DNA of 64,000 nucleotides from Nitrospirales bacterium (GTDB taxonomy: Bacteria > Nitrospirota > Nitrospiria > Nitrospirales > UBA8639), in the NCBI GenBank assembly GCA_965221365.1, contig OZ244884.1:773493-837492 (forward strand), written 5' to 3'. The notes under the pieces are model-generated. The model had not been told where the DNA came from, did not search any database, and saw only the letters and a program-made list of their open reading frames with translations. How positions within the stretch are numbered: position 1 is the stretch's first letter; every line of letters starts with the position of its first letter. A program made the position numbers and the translations under genes. Shown piece after piece: positions 30,390 through 40,474 of this stretch.

Positions 30390-31181
30390 ATGGCGTACCA
30401 CACCCGGGAGTCACGCGTGCCCCTCTCACCCGATGCCTTCGCGATCAATTCCGACTGCCGGGTTTCCATCGAGCACGTCGGCCTGGGCCGGCACAAGGTC
30501 GTCATGGTCGACGGGTTTTATCAGCACCCCGAGCACGTCCTGCAACTGGCCCTGGAGCTTCCTTATACCGATCGCTTCGAGATCGTCGGCAACTTTCCCG
30601 GCGTTCGGGCGTCGGTGAACGCCGAGACCGGGCCGATCGTGGAGGCGATCAGTGCCTTCTGGGGCGTGAGGCTGTACCCGTTCTTCGATCCCCAACCGGT
30701 CGTGTTTCAGGGCATCACCACCCGGGAGTACCGGCTCAACGTGGGTCAGCGTCAACCCCACGTCGATCAGGACGTGACCGCCATGGTCTACCTGAATCCC
30801 GCGGAATCCTGCATGGGCGGAACCGGCCTGTACCGCCACGTTCCCACGGGGCTGGAACGCGTGCCCATCGTTCCCGATCAGGGCATTCGGGAACTGGCCG
30901 ACAGGCTGGAACTGAGCGATGAATTTCTCGGGAGTCCGGAGGGCTATGACAACTTCCAGAACAGCATGATTTTCAATCCCCTGTTCGCGACCAGGGACAA
31001 TGCGTACATCAACGACGGTAACGCCTATTGGGAACTCCTCTTTCTCATGCGCATGAAGCCCAATCGTCTGATCATTTTCGATGGACGCTGTTTCCATTCG
31101 CAATACATCACGGCCGATCAGTACGCCCATGCCTTCCGGGTCAATCAGGTTCTGTATCTGAGTCAGCAGCCCAGATCCTGA
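30390..31181 (+). CDS. Hypothetical protein, possible 2OG-Fe(II)-oxygenase-like fold
   Basis: Candidate H-x-D...H triad (PHVDQD ... CFHSQY). The family assignment is from memory only and is weak. Confidence 0.6.
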   Translation: MAYHTRESRVPLSPDAFAINSDCRVSIEHVGLGRHKVVMVDGFYQHPEHVLQLALELPYTDRFEIVGNFPGVRASVNAETGPIVEAISAFWGVRLYPFFDPQPVVFQGITTREYRLNVGQRQPHVDQDVTAMVYLNPAESCMGGTGLYRHVPTGLERVPIVPDQGIRELADRLELSDEFLGSPEGYDNFQNSMIFNPLFATRDNAYINDGNAYWELLFLMRMKPNRLIIFDGRCFHSQYITADQYAHAFRVNQVLYLSQQPRS

Positions 31182-31192
31182 ACCTGCATCCG

Positions 31193-32536
31193 TCAGGAGC
31201 CCTGCCCTTGCAGATAGGTCTGGCCCTTGTAGCGCCGGGCCACCGCGACGAAGAGCATCGACATGCCCAGCATGACGATCGTGAAAAACCAGTAATACGC
31301 CGGGCCTTCCAGGCGCACGCTACCGTCGTCGTTCTGAATGAAATAATTCACCAATGAGGTAAAGGCGTTGCCCAGGGACACCGACAGGAGAAAGAGCGCC
31401 ATCACGAACGATTTCAAGGCCCGTGGCGCCTGCGTATAGGAAAACTCCAGGCACGTGATCGAGACCATGACCTCCGCCGCGGTGATCACCACAAACGCCG
31501 CAATCTGCCAGACCACGTTCGGCCGCAGTCCCGCGGCAATCTGCATCTCGATCACCGCGGAAATCACGAAGGCGATGACCGTCACGAAAAACCCGATGCT
31601 GATCTTTCGCAGGGGCGTCAGCGGCACCACCTTCTCGACGGCGGGATAGAGGAAGGAGGCAAAGACCGGAATGAGGAGCATGATCAGGAACGGATTCACG
31701 AACTGAATCTGCGACGGCAGCCATTCCACCCCCAGCCAGTATAAATCCATCTTGCGTGCCTGGAGGACCCAGGCCGACCCTGTTTGATCGTAGAGCGCCC
31801 AGAACATCGCCACGAACAGATAGATCGGCGTAAGGTGCCACAGGGCCACCAGGCTCTCGCGCGTCAGCAATTCCTGAAAAAACGCCCTGCCCCTGGCGGG
31901 CACATGCGCATATTCCCGCCGCCCCAACCAGAAGACCCACGTCGCCAGCAGCATCAACAGGCCGGGGACGCCAAAGGCCAGATGGGGCCCGACGTGCCGA
32001 AGCAGCCAGGGAGTCAGCAGCGTCGACAGCCCCGCGCCGAAATTGATCGCAAAGTAAAACCAGTAAAAGGCCTTGCTGAGCAGATGCCCGTTGGTCGCAC
32101 TGAACTGGTCCCCCAGGTTCGCGGAGACACAGGGTTTGATGCCGCCGGACCCCACGGCGATCAGCGCAAGCCCCACGGCCAAGCCGACTCTGGTCTGATC
32201 CATTGCGAGGGCCAGATGCCCCAGGCAATACACCAGCGACAAGGACATGATCGTGGCGTACTTGCCACCCCACGCGTCCGCGATCAGGGCTCCGATCACC
32301 GGGAAAAAATACACCGCGGACGTAAACAGATGATAATAGGAGCGCGCTTCGGGTTCGCTCATCACGTCCAGGGTCCCATCCGCGTTCAGGAGATACTGGG
32401 TCATGAAGATGACCAGGATCGTTCGCATGCCGTAGAAACTGAATCGCTCCGCGGCTTCGTTCACGATCAGGAACGGAATGCAGGACGGCATCTGCTCCGA
32501 GGGTTCGGGTTGGGTCCGGTATCCGGCGTTGCTCAT
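31193..32536 (-). CDS. Proton-dependent oligopeptide transporter (POT/PTR2 family, MFS)
   Basis: PTR2 signature region NEAAERFSFYGMRTILV and a multi-TM profile throughout. Confidence 0.9.
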   Translation of the reverse strand: MSNAGYRTQPEPSEQMPSCIPFLIVNEAAERFSFYGMRTILVIFMTQYLLNADGTLDVMSEPEARSYYHLFTSAVYFFPVIGALIADAWGGKYATIMSLSLVYCLGHLALAMDQTRVGLAVGLALIAVGSGGIKPCVSANLGDQFSATNGHLLSKAFYWFYFAINFGAGLSTLLTPWLLRHVGPHLAFGVPGLLMLLATWVFWLGRREYAHVPARGRAFFQELLTRESLVALWHLTPIYLFVAMFWALYDQTGSAWVLQARKMDLYWLGVEWLPSQIQFVNPFLIMLLIPVFASFLYPAVEKVVPLTPLRKISIGFFVTVIAFVISAVIEMQIAAGLRPNVVWQIAAFVVITAAEVMVSITCLEFSYTQAPRALKSFVMALFLLSVSLGNAFTSLVNYFIQNDDGSVRLEGPAYYWFFTIVMLGMSMLFVAVARRYKGQTYLQGQGS

Positions 32537-32664
32537 GGTGCAATCATGATTCCTCTGCGGCTCAAGGACCGTTCAGGCACGATCATCCCGTGGCGCGAAA
32601 GGCGTCCTGGAAGAAGAGGCGTGTATAACACAGATCGACCGGGGATGAGAAGCGGCCCTCGTTC

Positions 32665-33735
32665 GGCGTCATCGGGGACCCGGCATGACGTTGTGGGCCT
32701 TGAGTCGTCATTCCCGACGCGCGTGCCATCCGTCATACACACGCGCCCAATCGTCATTCCCGCGAAAGCGGGAATCCAGGGCCGTTGCTTTTTCCTTTTT
32801 TTCTGGATGCCGGATCGGAGTCCGGCATGACGGTGAGAGGGATGCCAGGTCGAGGTCCGACATGACGTTGGGGCCTTGAGTCGTCATTCCGCGTCCCCGT
32901 CCGTCGCACCCGCGCACACGCCCCAATCGTCATTCCCGCGAAAAGCCTGCCCTCGACGTTTTTAATCGGGGGCGGGAATCCAGGGCCTTTGCCTTTGCCT
33001 TTTCCTCTGGATGCCGGGTCAGGCCCGGCATGACGGTGGGGGTCTGCCGTCATTATCGCACGCGCTCCGTCATTTCCATGAAGGCCCCCATTCGTCATTC
33101 CCGCGCGCCCCATCCGTCATTCCCGCGAAAACCACCAATCGTCATCCCCGACGTTTGTAATCGGGGATCCAGTGTTTTTTCTTTTTCCTTTCTTCCTGGA
33201 TGCCGGATCGAGTCCGGCATGACGAATGAGGCCTGTGGTTTTTCTGGATGCCAGGTCGAGTCCGGCATGACGTTGGGGCCTTGAGTCGTCATTCCGCGTC
33301 CCCGTCCGTCGCACCCGCGCACACGCGCCCAGTCGTCATTCCCGCGAAGGCGGGAATCCAGGACCGTTGCTTTTTCCTTTTTTTCTGGATGCCGGATCAA
33401 GTCCGGCATGACGGTAAGAGGGATGCCAGGTCGAGTCCGGCGTGACGGAGGGGAGGCCAGTGCGTCATTATCGCGCGCGCTCCGTCATTCCCGCGAAGAC
33501 CACCAATCGTCATCCCCGACGTTTGTAATCGGGGATCCAGGGCAGTTGCTTTTTCCTTTTTCTCTGGATGCCGGATCGGGGTCCGGCATGACGAATGAGG
33601 CCTGTGCCTTTTCCTTTTTCTGGATGCCGGATCGGAGTCCGGCATGACGGAGAGAGGGATGCCGGGTCGGAGCCCGGCATGACGGAGAGGGATGCCGGGT
33701 CAGTCACGGCATGACGACTGGGCGTGACACGGACG
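32665..33735. repeat. Array 2 (about 1.1 kb) of the nested-palindrome repeat family
   Basis: Same modules as array 1. It includes the 108-nt composite element at 32928-33035. Confidence 0.9.
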
Positions 33736-33740
33736 GACAT

Positions 33741-34010
33741 CTAGGCTTTGTGAAAAGCAATGTGCTCTCTGTATTCCTGTATGGCCGCGCGTAACGCGGC
33801 TTTGCCGAGAGGGATGTTGGCTTCGAGGGTTTCTTCGATCGTGGCATCGTCGATGACCACTTCGTATTTCTCCTGCACGTTCGTGAGGATCACCCCCTTT
33901 TCAACCTGCCGGGGCAGGAAAATTTCCGTCCACACTTCCTTTTCGACGAGACAGACGTCGCAAAACCGTTCGTACAACATCTCCATCCGTTCGGGATCCG
34001 TTTCTTTCAT
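33741..34010 (-). CDS. Small protein (89 aa) translationally coupled to hyuB
   Basis: Its ATG (34010) overlaps the hyuB stop (ATGA, 34007-34010). No recognised domain. One CxxC (FCDVC). Confidence 0.55.
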   Translation of the reverse strand: MKETDPERMEMLYERFCDVCLVEKEVWTEIFLPRQVEKGVILTNVQEKYEVVIDDATIEETLEANIPLGKAALRAAIQEYREHIAFHKA

Positions 34011-35596
34011 GCTTCAGGCCTCCTGTCTGATTCACCCATCGACTCCCCATAGCCACCACCGCCCGGTGTTTCGATCCGCAACCGGTCTCCCTTCATGACG
34101 GTCAGCGTGGTTTTACCGGGAAGCTTCTTTTCCCGTCCTTTCCGAATCAACACGTTTCGACCGGATTGCCCGGCTCCGCCTCCGGCCAGCCCGAAGGGCC
34201 TGGTTTTCCGTCGATCGGAAACAATCGTCACACTGGCTTCCTCCAGGAATTCGATTTCGCGCGTGACTCCGTTTCCGCCTTCATGGATTCCCGCTCCACC
34301 CGTGCCTTCGCGAAGCACGTAACGGGCTATCCGAAAGGGATAGGCATATTCCAGGGCCTCGACCGGCGTGTTCAGCGTATTCGTCATGTGGGAATGAATG
34401 CCGCTCGCCCCCTGCTGTTCTCTCCCGGCCCCCATGCCGCCACCCAGGGTTTCATAATAGGCAAACGGCCGCTGCTTTTGGTGATCCCAGCCCCCGATCG
34501 TGAGGTTATTCATGGTGCCCTGACTCGCGGCAGGCACCCGGTCGGGACAGGCCTGCGCCAGGGCCCCCAGCAGGACGTCGACGATTCGCTGAGCGGTTTC
34601 CACGTTTCCTGCGGCCACGGCCGCGGGAAACCGGGCGTTGACCACCGACCCTTCGGGGGCCCGAACGTGGATGGGCACCATACACCCACTGTTTCCGGGA
34701 ATATCCAGGCCCAGCAGACAGCGAAACACGTACGCCGTGGCCGAGACCGTGATCGCGTAGACCGCGTTGACGCTTCCCGTGCACTGCGGCGCGCTTCCTT
34801 CAAAATCGACCACCACCTCTTCATCGCGGATCGTCACGGTGACGGCAATCGTGATCGGGTGGGGATCGAAGCCGTCGTCGTCGAGCACGTCTTCATACCG
34901 ATAGGTGCCATTCGGCAACGTCCGGATGCCGTGCCGGGTCAGCGTTTCACTGTAGCGCAACAACTCGGCCATGTTGTCCCGAACGCGCTCCGCTCCGTAT
35001 CGTGCCACCAGTTCCTGAAGCCGCTCTGCCCCTATGCGGTTGGCTGCCAATTGCGCCTGTACGTCACCGGCGCGTTCCCGCGGGGTCCGCACGTTCGCCA
35101 GAAAGAACTCCCACAGGGCCTGGTTCATCCGGCCCGCTTCCATGAGCTTGACCGGTGGAATGATCATCCCTTCCTGATACAGTTCCCGTGACAACGGCAT
35201 GGAGCCCGGCGACATGCCTCCAACGTCGGCGTGATGCGCACGATTCGCGACGAAGCCCAAGAGGCTGCCGTCTTCGACGAAGACCGGGGACACGACCGTG
35301 ATATCCGGCAGGTGCGTCCCACCCTGAAACGGGTCGTTCAGCATGACCACGTCACCCGGCCCAACGGTCAGGTGCCGGCAACAGGCTTCTACGGAGAGCG
35401 GCATGGCCCCGAGATGGATCGGGATATGGGCCGCTTGCGCTACCAGCCGTCCCGCGTGATCGAAGACGGCGCAGGAGAAATCGCGGCGCTCCTTGATATT
35501 GGGGGAAAAGGCCGAGCGTTGCAGGCGCACGCCCATTTCCTCGGCAATCGAGCCGTACAGATGCTTGAAGATTTCCCGATCAACGGCCTTCTGCAC
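34007..35596 (-). CDS. hyuB: Hydantoinase B/oxoprolinase family protein
   Basis: Family-typical N-terminus ..DREIFKHLYGSIAEEMGVRLQRSAFSPNIKERRDFSCAVFD. The track ORF extends to 35809 inside hyuA. GTG 35596 is preceded by GGAGG plus 5 nt and overlaps the hyuA stop region by 17 nt. Confidence 0.85.
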   Translation of the reverse strand: MQKAVDREIFKHLYGSIAEEMGVRLQRSAFSPNIKERRDFSCAVFDHAGRLVAQAAHIPIHLGAMPLSVEACCRHLTVGPGDVVMLNDPFQGGTHLPDITVVSPVFVEDGSLLGFVANRAHHADVGGMSPGSMPLSRELYQEGMIIPPVKLMEAGRMNQALWEFFLANVRTPRERAGDVQAQLAANRIGAERLQELVARYGAERVRDNMAELLRYSETLTRHGIRTLPNGTYRYEDVLDDDGFDPHPITIAVTVTIRDEEVVVDFEGSAPQCTGSVNAVYAITVSATAYVFRCLLGLDIPGNSGCMVPIHVRAPEGSVVNARFPAAVAAGNVETAQRIVDVLLGALAQACPDRVPAASQGTMNNLTIGGWDHQKQRPFAYYETLGGGMGAGREQQGASGIHSHMTNTLNTPVEALEYAYPFRIARYVLREGTGGAGIHEGGNGVTREIEFLEEASVTIVSDRRKTRPFGLAGGGAGQSGRNVLIRKGREKKLPGKTTLTVMKGDRLRIETPGGGGYGESMGESDRRPEA

Positions 35597-37613
35597 GAAC
35601 GCCTCCGATGGTGACCAGCAGGTTCTGCCAGGCGTCAACCTGCGCGTGATCGGTTTCCGACAGGAGAATGGTGGTATCGTCCTGGAAGATAACCGCGGGC
35701 CCGGCGATGCAATGCCCCGGATGGAATCGTCGGCGATCATAGAATGGAACGGTCCGGGCCCCTGAAGCGAACACGACTCGGCGTTCGTGGCACAGGGCTT
35801 CGGAGGCATCGGGCGGCCCTATTTCCCGTGGCTCGATGCTCGGAGGGGTGACGGCTCCAATCGCCCGCACCCGAAGATTGACGATTTCGAGCTCCGCGGC
35901 CTCGTTCCGGTACCCATAGCGTTGGGCGTGCCGCTCATGAAAGGCCGCTCGAAAATCAGGAGAGAACGGCACGGTCAATTCAAAGGACTGGCCTTCATAG
36001 CGGAGAGCCACTTCACAATGCACGCGTCGAGCGGGAAGCGGGACCTTCTGCGTCGCCAGATCTTCCTGAGCCCGTTCGATCACGGGCACAAAACGACCTT
36101 CCAATTCCTCGAACGACGTCTCGCCCGGACACATCACCGTTTGGACGTAATCCAGAAACACGTTCGCCGTCAACATGCCCCGCGCGGACAACGTCGAGGC
36201 GGCCAGGGGAATCAGGACCCGTCCGACGTTGAGCGACCGTGCGAGTTCACAGGCGTGGACGCCTCCGGCCCCACCGAAGGAGAGCAGCACGTAATCCCTG
36301 GGATCATGCCCGCGCTCGACCGAGATCACGCGAATCGCCCGCTCCATCTCGGCATTGACCACGGAGACCACGCCCAGGGCCGTCTCCTCGAGGTCCACGC
36401 GGGGCACCCCGGCATGCCGGGCCAACTCCCGCGAGAGCACGGTGAGCGCCTGCCGTCCGGCCTCCGGGTCCAAGGGCAGCGTGCCGCCCAGCAAGCCCGT
36501 TGCGGGCAACCGCCCCAACAGGGCATTGGCATCCGTGACCGTGGCCGTCCGTCCGCCTCGTCCGTAGCACGCCGGACCCGGGTCGGCGCCGGCGCTCTCC
36601 GGCCCGACGCGCAGGGCGCCGCCTGCATCGACTCGCGCCAACGACCCGCCTCCGGCCCCTACCGTGTGCAGATCAATCACCGGCACCCGAATGGGCAGGC
36701 CCGCGATTTCCGCTTCCGCGGTCACGTGAATCGCGCCGTCGACCACGGAGACGTCCGTCGACGTGCCGCCCATGTCAAACGTGATGATTCGGGAAAAGCC
36801 CGCCAGGCGGGCCAGGGACTCGGCCCCGACCACCCCTCCCGCGGGTCCGGACAGGATGGAACGGACCCCCTCCTGCCGTGCCCGGGTCGCCTGCATGCGT
36901 CCGCCATTCGATTGCATGACGTGGAAGGACCCGAACGAACGGGCGAGGGTTTCCAGATACCGGCTGAGCACCGGGGAGACGTAGGCGTTCACCACCGTGG
37001 TGGAGGCTCGTTCAAATTCCCGAAACTCCGGGATCAGCTCATGCGAGGCCGTGACGAAGAAGCCCGCGTCCCGGAGGCCTTGCGCGATCCGGCGTTCATG
37101 CTCGGGATTCACAAAGGCAAACAGCAGGGAAAGCGCCACGGCCTCGACCCGTTGTTTCCGCAAGGTTTCGATAAGAGGGGCCAGCGTTTTGGGGGCCAGG
37201 GGCCGCAACACGCGCCCGCGATGATCGAGCCGTTCCCGAACTTCCAGGCACCGGTCCGGCGGCACGAGTGCCGGCACTCCGCCACTGAACCAGTCATAGA
37301 GACGCCGACGAGTCTGTCGGCCAATCTGCAACACGTCCCGAAACCCCTGCGTGGTGATGAACGCCGTACAGGCCCCTTTTCGTTCGAGCAGTGCGTTGGT
37401 GGCCACGGTCGAACCATGGACGACGGTCGGATCCGCGGACGGCGACAGCCTCCGGAAGCCCTCCAGCACCGCTTGTGCAGGGTCATCGGGGGTCGAAAGG
37501 ATTTTGAAGGTCTTCTCGTATTTGGCGTCGTGGTCATAGACCACGAAATCCGTGAAGGTCCCGCCGATGTCGATGCCGACCGAAAGGGATGAACGTTCGC
37601 TGTCCTGATTCAT
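35580..37613 (-). CDS. hyuA: Hydantoinase A/oxoprolinase family protein
   Basis: GIDIGGTFTDFVV near the N-terminus and a later DMGGTSTDV motif. ATG 37613 is one codon inside the GTG 37616 used by the track. Confidence 0.9.
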   Translation of the reverse strand: MNQDSERSSLSVGIDIGGTFTDFVVYDHDAKYEKTFKILSTPDDPAQAVLEGFRRLSPSADPTVVHGSTVATNALLERKGACTAFITTQGFRDVLQIGRQTRRRLYDWFSGGVPALVPPDRCLEVRERLDHRGRVLRPLAPKTLAPLIETLRKQRVEAVALSLLFAFVNPEHERRIAQGLRDAGFFVTASHELIPEFREFERASTTVVNAYVSPVLSRYLETLARSFGSFHVMQSNGGRMQATRARQEGVRSILSGPAGGVVGAESLARLAGFSRIITFDMGGTSTDVSVVDGAIHVTAEAEIAGLPIRVPVIDLHTVGAGGGSLARVDAGGALRVGPESAGADPGPACYGRGGRTATVTDANALLGRLPATGLLGGTLPLDPEAGRQALTVLSRELARHAGVPRVDLEETALGVVSVVNAEMERAIRVISVERGHDPRDYVLLSFGGAGGVHACELARSLNVGRVLIPLAASTLSARGMLTANVFLDYVQTVMCPGETSFEELEGRFVPVIERAQEDLATQKVPLPARRVHCEVALRYEGQSFELTVPFSPDFRAAFHERHAQRYGYRNEAAELEIVNLRVRAIGAVTPPSIEPREIGPPDASEALCHERRVVFASGARTVPFYDRRRFHPGHCIAGPAVIFQDDTTILLSETDHAQVDAWQNLLVTIGGVRAEGR

Positions 37614-37662
37614 CACGCAGGCTTCCCTGAACGCGGAAGATCGAAGCGGGCGGGAGGGCGCG

Positions 37663-39192
37663 TCAGCCCTTGACGGTTCCGCTCAGGGTCACGATTCTTG
37701 GTCCACCCGGCGCATTGTCAAAAATACGCAGCAACGCCTGATGTTCTCCGGGCTCCACACTCTTGAAATGAATGGGCACGGCACAGAGTTCTCCCGTGTC
37801 CAGGGTGGCCCCGGCACAGGATTCCTGGTCAACGGAAAAGGCTCGCGATCCCTCCAGCACGATATCGTCGATGCTCAAGGAGCCGAGCCCCACGTTGGAG
37901 ACGGTCAATTGAATGGTCCTGGGAGCCGGCACGGCGACGGCTTCGTCAAACCGGATGGTCTCGGCGCTCAAACTGATGGACGGAATCACGGCCTTGCCGT
38001 TCAGCAGAATCGACACGTCATCGGAGCCACTGTTGGCCGTCACGACGTCCGGCAACCCGTCATTGTCAAAATCCTCGATCCCCATCGCGGTCGGCATGGC
38101 CCCGACGGCATAGTGCCCCGCGGGCTGAAACGACCCGTCCCCCCGCCCCAGAAGGATGGAGGTGCTGTTGGAGGCGCGATTCGTGGAGATCAGGTCGCGG
38201 GAGCCGTCACCATCCAGATCCTCGTAGGCCACCGCCACGGGACCGAATCCCACCTCCAGGTTCGCGGGCTTCGTATACCGGTCCGGATGGAGTTGAAGAA
38301 GCAGCTTGATGCTGTCGGTGAACAGGCTGGCCACCATGAGATCCAGGGTTCCATCCGCGTCCACGTCCGTTTGGGTCACGGCGCTCAACGTCAACCCCGC
38401 TTGAATCGTTTTCCAGAAGGCAAAGGCACCCCCTCCCTGGTTCCGAAACACGGACACGTAGCCATTCGGTGTCCGCCAACTCGGCTGACTCCACGTCAAC
38501 GTGATCTCCGGCAGCCCGTCGTCGTCGAGATCCGCCAGGGAGGCGCCGGTGGGGAACAAGCCGTTGTGGTCCGGCTCTTCCTCGCGTTGCGTCAACGCAA
38601 ACGTTCCCTGTCCTTCGTTCACCAGCACCGACCAACTGAATGGTGGATAATGACCGAATCGTCCGCTGTTGACCACGACCAGATCCGGAGCTTCATCCCC
38701 GTCCACGTCACCCACTGCGAGAAACGTCGGGCCTTTCCCCGAGGGATACGTCACGGGTTCGTGGAAGGTGCCATTCCCCTTGCCCAACAGGACGGCGATG
38801 CGATCGGCGCCGGTCTCGGCCACGACCAGGTCCGGTTTCCCATCCACGTCGAGATCGCCGGTCGTCACAAACATGGGACTTTTCCCCACGCCGAAGGAAT
38901 AGCTCGCGCGAAACGTGCCGTTTCCGTTGCCCAGTAGCACCGAGACGTCGTCCGATTCGCTGTTGGCCGTCGCAACGTCCGAATAGCCATCCTGATTGAA
39001 ATCTCCAACCGTCAGTCCTTCCGGATGCCTGCCAACGGGCGCGGATAGCACCGGGGTCAGGACGAGGTTCTGGGCAAGGACGGAACCGGCCCCGATCAGC
39101 ACCAACGCACCGCAGCCGATCCATTGCGCGAGCATCGGCCGCCAGGCCCCTGGACGGGCGTGACCGATTCGACGCGTCGCGGCTCCTTTCAT
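37663..39192 (-). CDS. Secreted FG-GAP/VCBS-repeat protein with C-terminal Ig-like domain
   Basis: Repeated D.D.DG..D.......D.V.VLLG.G.G.F units. The track ORF extends to 39528 by reading through repeat array 3. ATG 39192 gives MKGAATRRIGHARPGAWRPMLAQWIGCGALVLIGAGSVLA (signal peptide). Confidence 0.8.
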   Translation of the reverse strand: MKGAATRRIGHARPGAWRPMLAQWIGCGALVLIGAGSVLAQNLVLTPVLSAPVGRHPEGLTVGDFNQDGYSDVATANSESDDVSVLLGNGNGTFRASYSFGVGKSPMFVTTGDLDVDGKPDLVVAETGADRIAVLLGKGNGTFHEPVTYPSGKGPTFLAVGDVDGDEAPDLVVVNSGRFGHYPPFSWSVLVNEGQGTFALTQREEEPDHNGLFPTGASLADLDDDGLPEITLTWSQPSWRTPNGYVSVFRNQGGGAFAFWKTIQAGLTLSAVTQTDVDADGTLDLMVASLFTDSIKLLLQLHPDRYTKPANLEVGFGPVAVAYEDLDGDGSRDLISTNRASNSTSILLGRGDGSFQPAGHYAVGAMPTAMGIEDFDNDGLPDVVTANSGSDDVSILLNGKAVIPSISLSAETIRFDEAVAVPAPRTIQLTVSNVGLGSLSIDDIVLEGSRAFSVDQESCAGATLDTGELCAVPIHFKSVEPGEHQALLRIFDNAPGGPRIVTLSGTVKG

Positions 39193-39204
39193 GTCAATGC
39201 CTCT

Positions 39205-39545
39205 TCCGTCATTCCCGGACGCCTGCTCCACACCCCACGTGTCCTCGTCCGCCATTCTCGCGTCTCGCTCCGTCATTCCCGACGCGCCCGAGTTCGTCAT
39301 TCCCGCGAAAGCGGGAATCCAGGTCTTTGCTTTTTCCTTTTTTCCTGGATGCCGGATCGGGGTCCGGCATGACGGTTGGAAGCCTGCCGTCATTATCGCA
39401 CGCGCTCCGTCATTTCCATGAAGGCCCCTGTTCGTTATTCCCGCGCGCCCTCGTCTGTCATTCCCGTGAAGGCCCCTGTTCGTTATTCCTGCCAATGCCC
39501 TTTCCGTCATTCCCGCGAAAAGCCCCATTCGTCATCCCTGACGTT
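39205..39545. repeat. Array 3 of the nested-palindrome repeat family
   Basis: CGTCATTCCCGCGAAAGCGGGAATCCAGG...CTGGATGCCGGATCGGGGTCCGGCATGACGG plus degenerate CGTCAT modules. Confidence 0.85.
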
Positions 39546-39570
39546 TTCATGTTGCTAACTTGACGAACGT

Positions 39571-39599
39571 TTGATACTCACGTCAATTATTGTTATTTA
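39571..39599 (+). promoter_or_regulatory. Candidate sigma70-type promoter for the small 39622 gene
   Basis: TTGATA (39571-39576), 17-nt spacer, TATTTA (39594-39599). GAGGAG lies 11 nt upstream of ATG 39622. Confidence 0.45.
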
Positions 39600-39621
39600 T
39601 TATCGAGGAGTTAGGGCAAAC

Positions 39622-39825
39622 ATGGCAGTGATGCTTTCCAAGACGTACGAAGCATTTCGGGCGGCAGGCGCTCCAGATGACAAGGCGTGTGAAGCAGCCG
39701 AAGAGATCGCTGCGTTTGAAATTCGGTTGGCCAGCATCGAAAACCGACTTATACGTCTTGAAGTTCTGATAACTATTGTCCTTACCGGGGTCGTGAGTCT
39801 TGTAGTCAAAACCTTCCTTGCGTGA
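39622..39825 (+). CDS. Small coiled-coil protein with C-terminal TM helix (67 aa)
   Basis: MAVMLSKTYEAFRAAGAPDDKACEAAEEIAAFEIRLASIENRLIRLEVLITIVLTGVVSLVVKTFLA. The track start (TTG 39571) is unlikely. The gene sits in a low-GC segment between two repeat arrays. It recalls DUF1640-type proteins (memory only). Confidence 0.5.
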   Translation: MAVMLSKTYEAFRAAGAPDDKACEAAEEIAAFEIRLASIENRLIRLEVLITIVLTGVVSLVVKTFLA

Positions 39826-39854
39826 AAAGCATGCCGTCAAGTTAACTACTTGAT

Positions 39855-40035
39855 TCCCTTCTCTTTTCCTGGATGCCGGATCGGGGTCCGGCATGACGGT
39901 TGGTGCTTTTTCTTTTCTCTGGAATGCCGGATCAAATCCGGCATGATGAATTGTACGGATCCGGTATGACGTGTGGTCAGTGCCCGGCATGACGAATGGC
40001 GCCCGTGGTTTCCCTGGGTGCCGGGTCGGGAACCA
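39855..40035. repeat. Array 4 of the nested-palindrome repeat family
   Basis: CTGGATGCCGGATCGGGGTCCGGCATGACGG, then degenerate GCCGGATCAAATCCGGCATGATG and GCCCGGCATGACG modules. Confidence 0.85.
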
Positions 40036-40036
40036 T

Positions 40037-40321
40037 TCAGAATTCCGACGATGATTCCGTTGAAAACGTTTTTTCCAGGGCAATTTCCACTTCATCCATC
40101 GCCGCCATCCCCCTGTTGCGAACATGCACGGACCAGGAAGGATGGCCGCGCAGCGCAGCGATCACGGTTTTGAGCAATTCGGGTTTGATCCGGGTCTCCC
40201 AATCATGCAGCCAGGCATACCCGTCTTCGTCGCCATCGTAGTCTTCCGGAAACCCGGCGACGAGATTCACCCGAAGGGTAAACGTTTTTTCTTCTTCGAA
40301 CATCTCCGGGCCTTTGCTCAT
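40037..40321 (-). CDS. Hypothetical acidic protein (94 aa)
   Basis: ATG-initiated ORF. No recognised domain. Confidence 0.45.
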   Translation of the reverse strand: MSKGPEMFEEEKTFTLRVNLVAGFPEDYDGDEDGYAWLHDWETRIKPELLKTVIAALRGHPSWSVHVRNRGMAAMDEVEIALEKTFSTESSSEF

Positions 40322-40474
40322 GCGCGTGCCATCCGGCTGAACCCGTTCTTGTCGCTCGCACGTTCCTGCGCCACGTTCAGCGTCTCGAGTCCGCCCAAGG
40401 CCTTCAGCGTTGCACGGCGGCTCTCTCCGTCGAACGACAGCCTCACGGGTGAGCGCGGCGGCAGGAAGCCAACT

